Shown piece after piece: positions 9,114 to 19,575 of a DNA stretch of 64,000 bases. The position numbers and the translations under genes were made by a program. Position 1 is the stretch's first letter; each line of letters opens with the position of its first letter. The notes beneath the pieces were generated by a model, which worked only from the letters and a program-made list of their open reading frames with translations, was not told where the DNA came from and searched no databases. The DNA is from a virus. The stretch lies in IMG/VR virus record IMGVR_UViG_3300031419_000529, positions 1 to 64,000 of that record. One strand, given 5' to 3'.

Positions 9114-10556
9114 GTGAACGAAAGCCAAATGAAACAGCAGCGTGCCAGTAACTCATCCATAGAGAAGGCACGAGTGAATGCGCTTGCCTCGCTATTCAAC
9201 GGAACCAGCAACACCAAGCGCCAGCGCCTTTATCAGGAGTTTGGTTACCCCGTTGACCTGTGTTTTGACGATTTCTATCGGGCGTTTGCTCGCAATGCTC
9301 TGGCCGGCGCCGCGGTGCGCCGCATGGTTGATGGCTGCTGGGAGGACTTCCCCGAAATTTACGAAGGGGACAAGACGAAAGATGCCACGGATCTTACCTC
9401 ATGGGATAAGCGGATAAATAAGCTGATGAAGCGCTGCTGGAAGCAGATTAAGGGTGCTGACCGGCGCAACCTGGTGGGGCGCTACTCTGCACTGTTATTG
9501 CAGCTCAAGGATGGGAAACCATGGCGTGAACCGGTGGACCGTACTGTGATTGGGCGGCTGTCAGAACGTGGCTTGGTAAAACTTATCCCGGTATGGGAGG
9601 CACAGTTAGAGCCGGTTGAGTGGGATAGTGATGCTGAAAGCGAGACGTTTGGCGATGTGAAAATGTACTCCTTCACCGAATTGAACGTTGACGGCGGCAA
9701 CAACCCACAGCCAGGCCGGATCATCAATGTTCATCCTGAGCGGGTGATCATCCTTGCTGAAGGTTCCGACGATGGCACGCTTTATTCTGGCAAATCGATG
9801 CTGGAAGAGGGCTTTAATAAACTGCTGGATATCGAGAAAGTCAGCGGTGGCGCGTCCGAAGGTTTCCTGAAGAACGCCAGCCGCCAACTGAATTATTCGT
9901 TCAGCGAGAAAACAAATTTTGCCGCGTTGGCGAAAGCACTTGGGGTGCCTGAGGGCCAATTGGCTGAGGCACTCGACATGCAGGTGCGGCGCTTGAACGA
10001 CAGCACCGACAGCGCCAGCTTCATGCAGGCAGGTACTGCCGAGGTGTTGTCTGTCACGGCAGCTGACCCAGAACCCACCTGGCGTACCGCAGTTAACGAA
10101 TTCTGCGCGACGATCCCCATGCCAGTGAAAATCTTGATCGGGATGCAGACAGGTGAACGTGCCTCGACCGAGGACAGTAAAGATTGGTCGCGCACCCGTA
10201 TGTCGCGGCGCAATGGCTTCCTAACAGAGGTGATCACTGACCTGATTACCCGTTTCTGGACCTTTGGCATTATCCCGGCACCAAAAGGCGATGAGATCAG
10301 CGTCGGTTGGTCCGACTTAATGGCGCCAAGCCGGGCAGAGAAAATTGCCAACATGGCAGCCATGGCCGATGTCGGCGTTAAATCCGCGAATGCCCTCGGC
10401 CGGTCTGCTATCACTGAAAACGAAGTGCGCGCAGAGGGTGAGCTTCAGCCGATAACCAATCTGGATGATGACGATGGCAAACCAAAACCGAAACGGCCTG
10501 ACCCTTTGGTCGACGACCCAGAAGCCGAAAAGTCCGGTGGTGCCACGGTCACGTAG
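9114..10556 (+). CDS. Portal protein (DUF1073 type)
   Basis: 480 aa directly after terL; RLYQEFGYP and VHPERVII motifs. Confidence 0.85.
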   Translation: MNESQMKQQRASNSSIEKARVNALASLFNGTSNTKRQRLYQEFGYPVDLCFDDFYRAFARNALAGAAVRRMVDGCWEDFPEIYEGDKTKDATDLTSWDKRINKLMKRCWKQIKGADRRNLVGRYSALLLQLKDGKPWREPVDRTVIGRLSERGLVKLIPVWEAQLEPVEWDSDAESETFGDVKMYSFTELNVDGGNNPQPGRIINVHPERVIILAEGSDDGTLYSGKSMLEEGFNKLLDIEKVSGGASEGFLKNASRQLNYSFSEKTNFAALAKALGVPEGQLAEALDMQVRRLNDSTDSASFMQAGTAEVLSVTAADPEPTWRTAVNEFCATIPMPVKILIGMQTGERASTEDSKDWSRTRMSRRNGFLTEVITDLITRFWTFGIIPAPKGDEISVGWSDLMAPSRAEKIANMAAMADVGVKSANALGRSAITENEVRAEGELQPITNLDDDDGKPKPKRPDPLVDDPEAEKSGGATVT

Positions 10557-11505
10557 TGATCCGACCATGTCCGGCCGTGCGGTCAACCGAATGGCTAAGG
10601 ATATTGATGAACGGTATTACCAGATAAAGCTGGCTTTGAAGGCGCTTATTGACGAACGCATGGTTGGGCAGGAACGCCAGGGAAACGGCCATAAATGGAA
10701 CTTCCTCTGCCACCAGTCCGGCGACATGCCAACACTCTACGAGGTCAACGCGGCGACCTATGTCTACGATATGTCGTCTGCACAGCTGGCTGAGCTGCTA
10801 CGCAGGGTGCAGGCCATTCTCGATGATAATCTGCTGGCTGGTGGCGAACAGGATATCTGGTCACTTGAATACGTCACCGAAGAAATACGGCGCGGCACAT
10901 TCGAGTCGTTCAACAATCTTTCCCAGCAGTCGGCTGTATATGCTCAGCAAACCACGCTAACGCAACTGCTCAGCAGCGCTCCGTACCTTAACCAGGTCGG
11001 TGCCGCAGCAGTGACCACCTATAGCAACTGGAAAGCACTGAGCGATGCAGCACGCGCCGATCTGGCGAACATCATTACCGATGCAGTGGCTCGCGGGGTG
11101 AACCCGAAAGAAACAGCCCGCGTGATCAGCAAGCGCCTGGACATTTCCCGCTCCAGGGCATTGAACATTGCGCAGAGCGAACAGGTGGGTGCGCTCCGCC
11201 AGGCACAGTGGGCTGAGACTGACTGGGCATCCGAACGGCTTGGCCTGCGTACCGCGTTGTTGTGGATTTCAGCGCTCAAGCCCACTACCCGAACATGGCA
11301 TGCAGCCCGGCACGGTGAGGTCTACACGACTGAAGATGTGCGTACCTTCTATGCCGAGAACGGTAACCGCTACCGCTGCTATTGCAGCCAGCTCCCTTGT
11401 CTGCTGGACGAGAATGGCAAGGTAGTGAATCAGGGCCTTATTGACCGCCTGATCGAAGAACGAAAGCAGTGGAAACCGGCTTCCCGACCACAAAAAAACA
11501 CATGA
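10465..11505 (+). CDS. Head morphogenesis protein (SPP1 gp7/Mu F-like); start uncertain
   Basis: RALNIAQSE, TRTWHAARHG, YRCYC. Confidence 0.85.
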   Translation: MMTMANQNRNGLTLWSTTQKPKSPVVPRSRSDPTMSGRAVNRMAKDIDERYYQIKLALKALIDERMVGQERQGNGHKWNFLCHQSGDMPTLYEVNAATYVYDMSSAQLAELLRRVQAILDDNLLAGGEQDIWSLEYVTEEIRRGTFESFNNLSQQSAVYAQQTTLTQLLSSAPYLNQVGAAAVTTYSNWKALSDAARADLANIITDAVARGVNPKETARVISKRLDISRSRALNIAQSEQVGALRQAQWAETDWASERLGLRTALLWISALKPTTRTWHAARHGEVYTTEDVRTFYAENGNRYRCYCSQLPCLLDENGKVVNQGLIDRLIEERKQWKPASRPQKNT

Positions 11506-11514
11506 GGATCGAAC

Positions 11515-12900
11515 GTGAAACTATCCAGTATCCACGTTAAATCCTTCGCCGTTAACGCCTCCAACATCTCAACCACGACCATCGACGGTGACGAGCATTA
11601 TGTCATCCGCGGCGTTGTGCCCGTCGTCGATGACGTGGTGATGAATGGCGGTCTTTATCCGGCCGAGGAAATTAACACCAGCTACAGCAGCATTGAGGGG
11701 AAACTGACTCCGCTGCCGCACCCTAAAGTCGATGGCAAGTTTGTCAGTGCCAACGACGCCCGGGCGCTGAACAAGTTCCACGTCGGTGCCTGGGCACAGA
11801 ACGTCACCAAAGCGGGTGACAAGGTGGTGATGGACGTTTATGTGAATAAGCGCGTCGCCGAACAGTCGCCCGACGGTAAACGCCTGGTAGCCCGTCTCGA
11901 CGAGATGATCGCCGGGAACAACGTCGACCCGATCCACGTTTCCACTGGCCTGCTGCTCAATAAAGAAGACAGCAAAGGCGAATCTAAGGGAAAAAAATAC
12001 AACTGGATTGCCAGAAATTTGCGCTTTGACCACGTGGCGATCCTGCTGGATGAACCGGGTGCCGCCACGCCGGCCGAAGGCGTCGGCATTTTCGTGAACG
12101 CTGACGGGCAGGAGGGCGAAGTGGAGGCAGCAAGCCTGACAGAGACCGCCAACAACATGAAGGACGGCCTTTGGAACAAGGCGAAGTTCTTCTTTACCAA
12201 TGCCTCCAACTACTCATTCGATGATATCCAGCGAGCCCTCAGCGACAAACTACGCGAAGGCCGCACCGATGATTCGTGGCTGTGGCCGGAAAGCGTCTGG
12301 CCGGACAGTTTTATCTATCGCGACAGCAGCAGTTATTTCAAACAGAAGTATGTGATCGACGAAGACGGCAAGGCTGTTTTCGTGGGTAGCCCAGTAGAAG
12401 TTGTTCGCAAACCCACTGAATACGAAATCAAAACCAACGGAGATACTAACCCGATGAAAGAGAAGATGATCGCCGCGCTCAATGCCGCAGGCGTTAAAAC
12501 CGAAGGGCTAACCGACGATCAGGTCTGGGATGCCTACAACCAGCAGGCGGTGAAAAAAGAGGGGGGTGGTGATCCAGCAGGCGTACAGCAGACCAATGCT
12601 GATGCTATTACCGCAGCCGTTAATGCTGCAATTGCTCCGCTGACTCAAAAACTCACCGCACTGGAAACTCAACTGACGGCCAACTCGGAAAATGAGCTGA
12701 ACCAGAAGCGAGCTGCAGTGAAATTGGCAATGAACATGAGCGATGAAGAAGTGGCTGATTTGCAGGGTAAGGCGCTTGACCGCCTTTATGCCAACTGCCA
12801 GAAGTCTCAGGGGCTGCATGGCGGCTTCCAACTCAACAGTCAGACCGCAGACGACCAGTGGAAAGACTACGACCTCAACGCTGAAATGGAGGCGAAATAA
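11515..12900 (+). CDS. Prohead protease/scaffold (DUF2213-like)
   Basis: VSTG and [13 protein letters not shown] motifs, helical C-terminus, position before capsid genes. Confidence 0.75.
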   Translation: MKLSSIHVKSFAVNASNISTTTIDGDEHYVIRGVVPVVDDVVMNGGLYPAEEINTSYSSIEGKLTPLPHPKVDGKFVSANDARALNKFHVGAWAQNVTKAGDKVVMDVYVNKRVAEQSPDGKRLVARLDEMIAGNNVDPIHVSTGLLLNKEDSKGESKGKKYNWIARNLRFDHVAILLDEPGAATPAEGVGIFVNADGQEGEVEAASLTETANNMKDGLWNKAKFFFTNASNYSFDDIQRALSDKLREGRTDDSWLWPESVWPDSFIYRDSSSYFKQKYVIDEDGKAVFVGSPVEVVRKPTEYEIKTNGDTNPMKEKMIAALNAAGVKTEGLTDDQVWDAYNQQAVKKEGGGDPAGVQQTNADAITAAVNAAIAPLTQKLTALETQLTANSENELNQKRAAVKLAMNMSDEEVADLQGKALDRLYANCQKSQGLHGGFQLNSQTADDQWKDYDLNAEMEAK

Positions 12901-13346
12901 TGGTTGCTCATGTCATTTATCGCGGTCCCGCCGAGCGCGAACCGGAAACCATCAACCTGCCCGTCGCGGGTGATTACCTGCCGGGTGTGGTTGTGAAGAA
13001 AAACACCACCGGTGGTGTGACCGTTGCCACCGATGCCACTGGCCGGCTGCTTATCCTGGGTAACCGCCGCTTCATTGGGCAAGACATCAATACGGCCTAC
13101 GCTGCTAACGAAACGGGCGTCCAGTACCGCGTCGAAGTCGATCAGGAATACAACGTGCGCCTTGCGGCCGCGGCTTACACCATTGGTCAGGAACTGACAG
13201 TTGGTGCCGGTGGCGTGCTCAAGGCGGCGTCCGCCGACGACATTGTTGTGGCCACCTTTGACGAAAAAGCAGGGCGCACTCTGGCTACTGCCGGATTTGC
13301 TGATGTGGTTATCGTCAACTCTTACGCTAAACCGGCTTCGGCCTAA
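12900..13346 (+). CDS. Head decoration/cement protein
   Basis: Small Gly/Ala/Val-rich protein between scaffold and major capsid. Confidence 0.7.
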   Translation: MVAHVIYRGPAEREPETINLPVAGDYLPGVVVKKNTTGGVTVATDATGRLLILGNRRFIGQDINTAYAANETGVQYRVEVDQEYNVRLAAAAYTIGQELTVGAGGVLKAASADDIVVATFDEKAGRTLATAGFADVVIVNSYAKPASA

Positions 13347-13357
13347 GGAAACACAGA

Positions 13358-14389
13358 ATGCTGAAGTTTACTAAAGAGCAGCAAATGCTGATCCTCAACG
13401 CCCGCCGCCGTTGGGAACAGTCACATCGCATTATGGCCGCTCAGAACGGCTTTGAAGTGAACAGCGCGAATGGTGCTCTTATCGCTCATAACGAGATGAT
13501 GGGCAATGCCTCTACGCTGCCCAAAGACGTCTGGGGCGAGTGGGACCGTTCTGCTATTACCGTTCAGCGCGATGTTCTGTCGGTGTTTAACGACCTGGCC
13601 GCATCAGTTTCACGCCCGATGCGCCTGGGTAAAATTATCCACTACTTCATGACGCTGTCAGATTCCGGTGATGTGAATATCAGCCTGGACGGCCGCGGCA
13701 AGGCCAAGGTCGATTCACCTGTGATGAATTATGAAGGCACGCCGCTGCCGATCATTGATTCAGAACTGGGCTTCGGCTGGCGCCAAATGTTGTCTGCCCA
13801 GACTGAAGGCTACTCGCTGGACAGCGACGCCATCGGTAACCATCAGCGCAAAGTGGCCGAGAAAATGGAAGATATGGTGCTGAATGGTGATCCTTCCATT
13901 CGCGTCGGTGAATCCACCATCTACGGCCTGCGTACCGCGCCGCAACGCGCTACCGGTACCCATGGCTTCACCCTGGCGTCGGCCACTGGTGCAAACTGGG
14001 TGAGCGTCGTCACAGCGGCTATTGCAGCGCTGCAAGATAACAATTTCTATGCGCCAGTTACGCTTTACGTGAACTACAAGGACTGGTTCTACGCCTCGGT
14101 CACTGATTATGCTGCCAACTACCCGAAAACAATTCTGACGCGCCTGATGGAAATTCCCGGCCTGGCTGGGATTGTTCCTGCATCGAAGGTGCCGGCCAAT
14201 GAGGTGCTGGGTGTGGTTAAGCGTTCTGACGTGGTGCAGATCCTGAATGGCATGCCGCTCACCATCCGCCCGAAAGCGCGACTGAACCCTGAAGATGATT
14301 ATATCTACACCGTTCTGGCCGCCGTGGCGCCGCAGTTCAAACACGATGATGAAGGTAACGCCGGTTACGTTCAGCTGACCAAAGCATAA
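13358..14389 (+). CDS. Major capsid protein (HK97 fold)
   Basis: 343 aa, gene position, VLNGD...IYGL motif, followed by a terminator. Confidence 0.85.
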   Translation: MLKFTKEQQMLILNARRRWEQSHRIMAAQNGFEVNSANGALIAHNEMMGNASTLPKDVWGEWDRSAITVQRDVLSVFNDLAASVSRPMRLGKIIHYFMTLSDSGDVNISLDGRGKAKVDSPVMNYEGTPLPIIDSELGFGWRQMLSAQTEGYSLDSDAIGNHQRKVAEKMEDMVLNGDPSIRVGESTIYGLRTAPQRATGTHGFTLASATGANWVSVVTAAIAALQDNNFYAPVTLYVNYKDWFYASVTDYAANYPKTILTRLMEIPGLAGIVPASKVPANEVLGVVKRSDVVQILNGMPLTIRPKARLNPEDDYIYTVLAAVAPQFKHDDEGNAGYVQLTKA

Positions 14390-14409
14390 GGGGTTTCAGC
14401 CCCTTTTTT
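14387..14409 (+). terminator. Intrinsic terminator after the capsid gene
   Basis: AAGGGGT-TTCA-GCCCCTTTTTT. Confidence 0.7.
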
Positions 14410-14427
14410 CTTTCTGGAGATTGACCC

Positions 14428-14754
14428 ATGACCGACAAAAAACAGAAGTGGCTCCTCACCCATGACAGCCATGAGCTGAAAAAGGGTGAGGTGTTTGAAG
14501 GTGTTACCCTGCCAGCCTGGTTAAATGGCAAGGTTACTCCGCTATCGGCAGATTCATTCGAAGTGGCCACGCCTGGTGGTGCTGAACTGGAAAAGCTAAA
14601 AGCTGAGCTGGCAGCGCAAACCCAGCGCGCCGATGCAGCAGAAGCATCCTTGACCCAGGCTAAAGCAGATCACGTCGCTGAGCTGGCGGCAGAGGCCAAG
14701 CGCGCCGATGAAGCAATCGCGGCGTTGGCTGAAGCAACCAAGAAGGTGAAATAA
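14428..14754 (+). CDS. Phage hypothetical protein (coiled-coil C-terminus)
   Basis: RBS GGAG; packed in the head operon. Confidence 0.75.
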   Translation: MTDKKQKWLLTHDSHELKKGEVFEGVTLPAWLNGKVTPLSADSFEVATPGGAELEKLKAELAAQTQRADAAEASLTQAKADHVAELAAEAKRADEAIAALAEATKKVK

Positions 14755-14756
14755 CG

Positions 14757-15137
14757 ATGGCAGCCCAGATCACACCAGCGGAGGTAAAGTCACTGCTCAC
14801 TGAGCTGGGCTACACCATCCCTGACGCACTGTTGACGCCGATCCTGTGCAGTGTCGGTAAAATCGATGCGTGTTTGGACGGTGCCGGTTACGACGACTGT
14901 ACGAAGACGCTGATCAAACTGTACGCCGCGGCGCTAATGTCGGCTTCGTCCGGCGCGAGGCGCATTAAATCGCAAGGTGCTCCGTCAGGTGCGTCTCGTT
15001 CATTCGATTATGGCGAGGACAGCACTATTTGGCTGCGTCAGTCACTTTCGGATCTGGACACCGCGGGGTGTACCGCCAGCCTGCCGATTAGCGCCGGTGC
15101 GAGTGTCGGTTTTTTCATGGTTGCTGGAGGTTGTTAA
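14757..15137 (+). CDS. Head-tail adaptor protein
   Basis: IKSQGAPSGASRSFDY motif; gene position. Confidence 0.7.
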   Translation: MAAQITPAEVKSLLTELGYTIPDALLTPILCSVGKIDACLDGAGYDDCTKTLIKLYAAALMSASSGARRIKSQGAPSGASRSFDYGEDSTIWLRQSLSDLDTAGCTASLPISAGASVGFFMVAGGC

Positions 15138-15232
15138 TGTCTGAGAAAAAAGACGACGACGAAAAACCAGACTGCGAGAAATGCCCGGGCTGCCCCGGTT
15201 GCCCTGACCAGTATGAGGATTATCTCTCATGA
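15137..15232 (+). CDS. 31-aa Cys-rich peptide MSEKKDDDEKPDCEKCPGCPGCPDQYEDYLS (not in ORF track)
   Basis: RBS GGAGG; TAATG overlap upstream and ATGA overlap downstream. Confidence 0.7.
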   Translation: MSEKKDDDEKPDCEKCPGCPGCPDQYEDYLS

Positions 15233-15570
15233 GCGCAGCAGCTAACTGGAGCTACACCGCCATTGCCACCCTGTGGCGCAAGCTGGGCAGTAATGATGAT
15301 GGCGAAATCTGGTCAGAGCCCATCAAAATTTGGTGCGACTATGGTGGTGATGCATCCGGCCGGCTGGGTGATGTCGGTCTGGAACTCGTGGTTAAAAACA
15401 CGTTCTGGACCGAATACGCTGAGGCGCGGCAGGGGGATTACATTCTCATTGGTGAGTCATCCGTGGTTAATCCATTGGAGGCGAATGCGGACGAGGTTCG
15501 GCACGTTATTCGAGATGCCGACACTTTCGATCGCATTGCAGATGATTTCGCGATAATTACCGGAGTCTGA
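15229..15570 (+). CDS. Head closure/joining protein
   Basis: Position and size in the neck cluster. Confidence 0.7.
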   Translation: MSAAANWSYTAIATLWRKLGSNDDGEIWSEPIKIWCDYGGDASGRLGDVGLELVVKNTFWTEYAEARQGDYILIGESSVVNPLEANADEVRHVIRDADTFDRIADDFAIITGV

Positions 15571-15571
15571 T

Positions 15572-15940
15572 ATGGGGGTGAAGGTTAAAGGCATTGAACA
15601 GGCACAACGCAAGCTGGACGCGCTGGTGGGTGATGTGCAGGGACGTAAGGCCGTCAGGGCCATGCAGTCAGCCCTGTTGATTGGTGGGGCGCAGGCGGCG
15701 TTGTATACCCCAATTGACACATCCACGCTTATCAACTCTCAGTACCGTGAAATAGAAATCAAAGGCACGCGCCTAACCGGCCGGGTTGGGTACTCCGCAA
15801 ATTATGCTGTTTATGTCCACGATCCTAATGTTCATCAGAAATTCCGCAGGGCCACAGCGCAGAAGGAATTTTTGAAAAAAGGGTTTGAGGAAACAAAGAC
15901 GCAAATTGACGCTGCTATTTACCGGGAGCTGAGTCTATGA
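15572..15940 (+). CDS. HK97 gp10-like neck protein
   Basis: TPIDTSTLINS and GYSANYAVYVH motifs. Confidence 0.8.
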   Translation: MGVKVKGIEQAQRKLDALVGDVQGRKAVRAMQSALLIGGAQAALYTPIDTSTLINSQYREIEIKGTRLTGRVGYSANYAVYVHDPNVHQKFRRATAQKEFLKKGFEETKTQIDAAIYRELSL

Positions 15941-16323
15941 CACCCGCGATGCATTACCGCGTAAAAGACCTGTTAGAGGGCGCTGGTCTTACCGATGGGT
16001 TCACTGTGCAAAGCCTCCTGTGGGAGGACAACGGGAAGATCACTGACCGTTTTATCGTTGTTCGGCCATCGGGGGGCAGCAACATTGATCCCACGCTCTC
16101 GTCTGATTATTACGTGTTGGTTGACGTGATCTCAGCCAAGGGATTAGCGGAGTACAAAAAAGCCGACGAAACCGTACAGCGAATTATTGAGTTCGTGCAG
16201 CAAAATCCCGTGAGTCCGTGTGTTGGCAAAATTGACAATCTCGGCGGTATCCCATCGCCAGTGACAACAACAGAAAAGCGGCTTGTGTATCGCCTGCAAT
16301 TCGTATGCACCTACGGCGAGTAA
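15937..16323 (+). CDS. Tail terminator protein
   Basis: Position just before the major tail gene. Confidence 0.7.
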   Translation: MTPAMHYRVKDLLEGAGLTDGFTVQSLLWEDNGKITDRFIVVRPSGGSNIDPTLSSDYYVLVDVISAKGLAEYKKADETVQRIIEFVQQNPVSPCVGKIDNLGGIPSPVTTTEKRLVYRLQFVCTYGE

Positions 16324-16382
16324 CTGCCAAATCACCCAACAAGCTGCCAATCGGCGGCTTTTTTAATTTATGAGGTATACAA

Positions 16383-17120
16383 ATGCAAGGTTGCTCATCC
16401 AGCTTTGACCGTTTAATTGGCCGAGCGAAGACGCTTGAGTTGGCATATGGCTGCCCGGGTCTTGTTCCTGGGGATGCGGATTGGAAACTTCTTGGCCTGC
16501 CAACGTCAGCAACATGGGACATGAACCCCGAGGCGCTGAACTCCGACGCAGACGATGGTGGTTTCACATCAACCATGATCGCCAGCCTCGACCCAACGTA
16601 CTCAATCGATGGTGAGGTTCGGGTTAACGACCGTACTGACGAGTTTGGCATTCAGCAGTTCCTGCAATACTTCGTCAATGAAGTTAAAGCACGACGCCAG
16701 CCGACCGTGTGGATGCGATTCCACTGGGGTAATTTTTACCACATTGGCTATATGGTTGTTTCTGGCTTTAGCGATGGCGGTGGCGTTAAAGAAATTGTCA
16801 CCTACAGCCTGGAGCTAAAACTGAACGAAGGTACGACCTTCCAAATCACCCCAGACGGCGAAAATATTTTCGTAACGGGCGTGACGGTAACGCCGGCCAC
16901 ATCCAGCGGCGCTGTTAATAGCACGGTTCAGCTCACGGCGAACGTTCAGCCGGCCAATGCCACGGACCAGTCCGGTGTGTGGAAGAGCTCAGATACTGCC
17001 AAGGCAACGGTAAGCAATACGGGGCTGGTAACCCGCAAGGCGGTGGGCGGTGCTGATGTTACCTTTACCACCAATGACGGCGCAAAGGTTGGCACTTCCG
17101 CCATTACCATCACTGCGTAA
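16383..17120 (+). CDS. Major tail tube protein with C-terminal Ig-like (Big_2) domain
   Basis: VQPANATDQSGVWKSSDTAKATVS Ig motif. Confidence 0.88.
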   Translation: MQGCSSSFDRLIGRAKTLELAYGCPGLVPGDADWKLLGLPTSATWDMNPEALNSDADDGGFTSTMIASLDPTYSIDGEVRVNDRTDEFGIQQFLQYFVNEVKARRQPTVWMRFHWGNFYHIGYMVVSGFSDGGGVKEIVTYSLELKLNEGTTFQITPDGENIFVTGVTVTPATSSGAVNSTVQLTANVQPANATDQSGVWKSSDTAKATVSNTGLVTRKAVGGADVTFTTNDGAKVGTSAITITA

Positions 17121-17172
17121 TCAAACCAAAGGGTAGCGGAGCTGCCCTTGCTTTTGCTTATGGAGAAAAACA

Positions 17173-17847
17173 ATGACGCCATTTAAAGAGATCGGCGAGA
17201 GCGTTATCAGCGACGGCGATAGCGATTATTTCTTTCGCCCAAGTTTTGCCGCTATGACAAAAATCGGCGATCCGCAGGAAATCGTACAGGCGTTTTATGA
17301 CTTGCATAACGATGAAGCGACACCGCTACTCACCAAGGCATTAGAAGCCTACGGTTACGTTCCCGCATGGCTAATAAAATTCATTGGCAAGCCGCAGTTT
17401 TCCAGGCAAGCCATCATGGCGGCAATGAAAGTGCTGGTGGCCTGTTGTGACCGTGACCCGGTCACACTGATTGGTGAGATCGTGCCGGGCAAGTCTGGAA
17501 AGTGGGCCTTTGTCTACCGTAAGGGGAAGATGGAACTGTTGGATATGATCCTGGTTGCACAATCCCTGATGACCCATGGGGTGATCGGTAAGGCCAAAAT
17601 ACGGCAGCTACAACGTCATGAGGCAGGCGAGGCGACGAGCGAATTTAAAGCCATTGAGTATATCAGTTCGGCCCGAAATCACTTCGGCATGAGCCGCGCA
17701 GAGGCCGAGCAGTTAACCATGACCGAATTCACCATGCTGATCGCCAACAAGTACCCGGACCAGAAGGGATACACCCGGGAAGAATACGACCAGGCCGCTG
17801 ATGATTTCTTTGAGCGCAGAAAGCGGCGACTGGCAAAAAGGAAATAG
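17173..17847 (+). CDS. Tail assembly chaperone (DUF6246-like)
   Basis: DYFFRPSFAAM and EAEQLTMTEF; between tail tube and tape measure. Confidence 0.75.
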   Translation: MTPFKEIGESVISDGDSDYFFRPSFAAMTKIGDPQEIVQAFYDLHNDEATPLLTKALEAYGYVPAWLIKFIGKPQFSRQAIMAAMKVLVACCDRDPVTLIGEIVPGKSGKWAFVYRKGKMELLDMILVAQSLMTHGVIGKAKIRQLQRHEAGEATSEFKAIEYISSARNHFGMSRAEAEQLTMTEFTMLIANKYPDQKGYTREEYDQAADDFFERRKRRLAKRK

Positions 17848-17852
17848 CCCAT

Positions 17853-18557
17853 TCAGGTGGGCTTTTTGTCATCATCCATAAATTTTGAAATGTCTATAGA
17901 GATTGATGCTGAGGCGCCATTAAAGCTGATTTCATACAGGTCGTTATGTTCAGTTGTGGGTTCAGGGTTAGTATCTATAACTTTGATATTATCGGCATTG
18001 AAAAAAGGGCACCAATTAACTCCCATATCAACAGCGTGAGCCTGATATTGTTCATTGATTGGGACGTCCAATGAAGGCTCGTAGAACCCATAGCTAGCGA
18101 GCTTGCACGGCAGTAATAAGTCAAAGTTGCATATTTTATAGTCTACATATCTATAATCTTTAATATATGAGTTTCCCCTGACCATTTTTGAACAGTGAGC
18201 CTTTTTGCTTTCGCACTGCATGGCATCGGTTATGCACGGCAACACCTGATAGGATAAGTGAAAGCTCGATAACGTCCGCCCCTTAAAAACTATAGAAAAC
18301 CCTTTCCAGTTTTGAGATACGCTTATGATCTTCGAGGCTATTTCGCAATCTCTAGCACTAGAAAGGTCTATGTAACAAATAGTGAATAGCTGCTCCTCGA
18401 CGTACACTTGGAATGATTCTGTAAGAGATGCAAATTTCAACGCGAGTGAGTGATTTTTTGATCTACTTTTGGGAATAAGAAGAGCTAATTTTGTTGATGA
18501 TGAGCGGTATAACTCTGCGTCTGACATGTTTTTTACTGCCAGTTCACTTGTCACCAT
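17853..18557 (-). CDS. Hypothetical Cys-rich accessory protein
   Basis: ATG 18557 with RBS AGGAG; overlaps the stop of the Arc-like gene; AT-rich. Confidence 0.75.
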   Translation of the reverse strand: MVTSELAVKNMSDAELYRSSSTKLALLIPKSRSKNHSLALKFASLTESFQVYVEEQLFTICYIDLSSARDCEIASKIISVSQNWKGFSIVFKGRTLSSFHLSYQVLPCITDAMQCESKKAHCSKMVRGNSYIKDYRYVDYKICNFDLLLPCKLASYGFYEPSLDVPINEQYQAHAVDMGVNWCPFFNADNIKVIDTNPEPTTEHNDLYEISFNGASASISIDISKFMDDDKKPT

Positions 18558-18789
18558 TTCTCTCCTTGATTTCACGCACTTCATTTTCTAGTTCAGTAAG
18601 ACGCCTAGACAGAGAAACCAGATCTATTACTTGAATATGCTTGTTTTTTTCTGTCCAAGCCTCTATTGCAGCAACCATCTCTGCGTTAGCTGATCGTCCA
18701 TTGGCTTCCGCAAGCTCATTGATTCTCTTTTTAAGGTCATCCGACAGGCGAAGGTTTACCTGTGGGTGCTTGTATTTCCGTTCTGACAT
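18544..18789 (-). CDS. Arc/Mnt-family ribbon-helix-helix regulator
   Basis: HPQVNLRLSDDLKKRINELAEANGRSANAEMV. Confidence 0.9.
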   Translation of the reverse strand: MSERKYKHPQVNLRLSDDLKKRINELAEANGRSANAEMVAAIEAWTEKNKHIQVIDLVSLSRRLTELENEVREIKERNGDK

Positions 18790-18853
18790 GCCAGGCTCCA
18801 AGTTTTTCTGGACAGATTATGTAGGTATGTATTGACATTCAATGCGTACATTG

Positions 18854-18871
18854 TGGTATGCACACATACCA
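18854..18871. promoter_or_regulatory. Palindromic operator in a divergent promoter region
   Basis: TGGTATG-CACA-CATACCA; TTGACA at 18832. Confidence 0.55.
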
Positions 18872-18889
18872 AATGCTAAAGCGGTCAAT

Positions 18890-18931
18890 ATGAAAGTTAA
18901 AACACTGCGCATGCCTGAGTGGTTGATGTGA
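18890..18931 (+). pseudogene. Remnant of a divergent Arc-like gene (MKVKTLRMPEWLM*)
   Basis: Beta-ribbon start TLRMP typical of RHH proteins; stop after 13 codons. Confidence 0.55.
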
Positions 18932-19094
18932 TGACGTAACACCTTCAAATTGTGGTGTTCAATCCATGCTTTGCTGTGTTCCATGCTTACTGGACAACCG
19001 GGGGAGGTAAACCTCGCGTCAACGTGGTTTTTTCGTTGTCACTGCCGCCCCCTCTGCTAATATCTGACTATCTTTTACTGATGGGGAATGATAA

Positions 19095-19517
19095 TTGAAA
19101 GCTATAACTTTTTTATTTGTGTTTTTTATCACGCTAACCTTGTCCGCATGCGATGATAAATCGAAATTTGATGGTGTGTATATTTGCATTGTTAGTGATG
19201 GGCTTAATAGATATTCCATGAATCATGGGGCGGAACATTTCCCATTGGGAACGACTACGGCAAGAGTGAGTTTTCATGACGGTAAGTTCACAATATATGG
19301 CATGAGTAGTGGTGACTATACATCCATGAGTTTAAATGACGCATCTGATGATGATAAATTAAATTTGAATCATGACGAAAATCTCCAGGCTAAAGATGCG
19401 ATGATTAAAAGACATGATGATAGAGTCGATACATTCTCTCCCAGTGGAAAAACATTTGGTATAACGAATAAGTCGAAAGGTTTAGTACAACAGTTTAGTA
19501 ACTGCGAAAGAACTTAG
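19095..19517 (+). CDS. Lipoprotein moron (candidate superinfection exclusion)
   Basis: Signal peptide with lipobox LSAC; AT-rich; own terminator at 19535-19558. Confidence 0.8.
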   Translation: MKAITFLFVFFITLTLSACDDKSKFDGVYICIVSDGLNRYSMNHGAEHFPLGTTTARVSFHDGKFTIYGMSSGDYTSMSLNDASDDDKLNLNHDENLQAKDAMIKRHDDRVDTFSPSGKTFGITNKSKGLVQQFSNCERT

Positions 19518-19575
19518 GTTCAATATACTATTTTAACCCCGCTAGTCGGGGTTTTTTATTACCCGGAGAAAAGAA

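Noticed and set aside
9114-10556. Possible anti-CBASS Acb1 label sometimes given to DUF1073 proteins
   Set aside because: Size and position after terL indicate a portal; no paired HxT/S 2H-phosphoesterase motifs seen
13760-14344. Long antisense and shadow ORFs within structural genes (also e.g. 27561-28106, 41365-41898, 49820-50383)
   Set aside because: Opposite or out of frame to well-supported genes, with no recognisable motifs
17173-17847. Lambda G/GT-type frameshift in the tail chaperone
   Set aside because: Single continuous ORF; no downstream -1 frame ORF before the antisense moron
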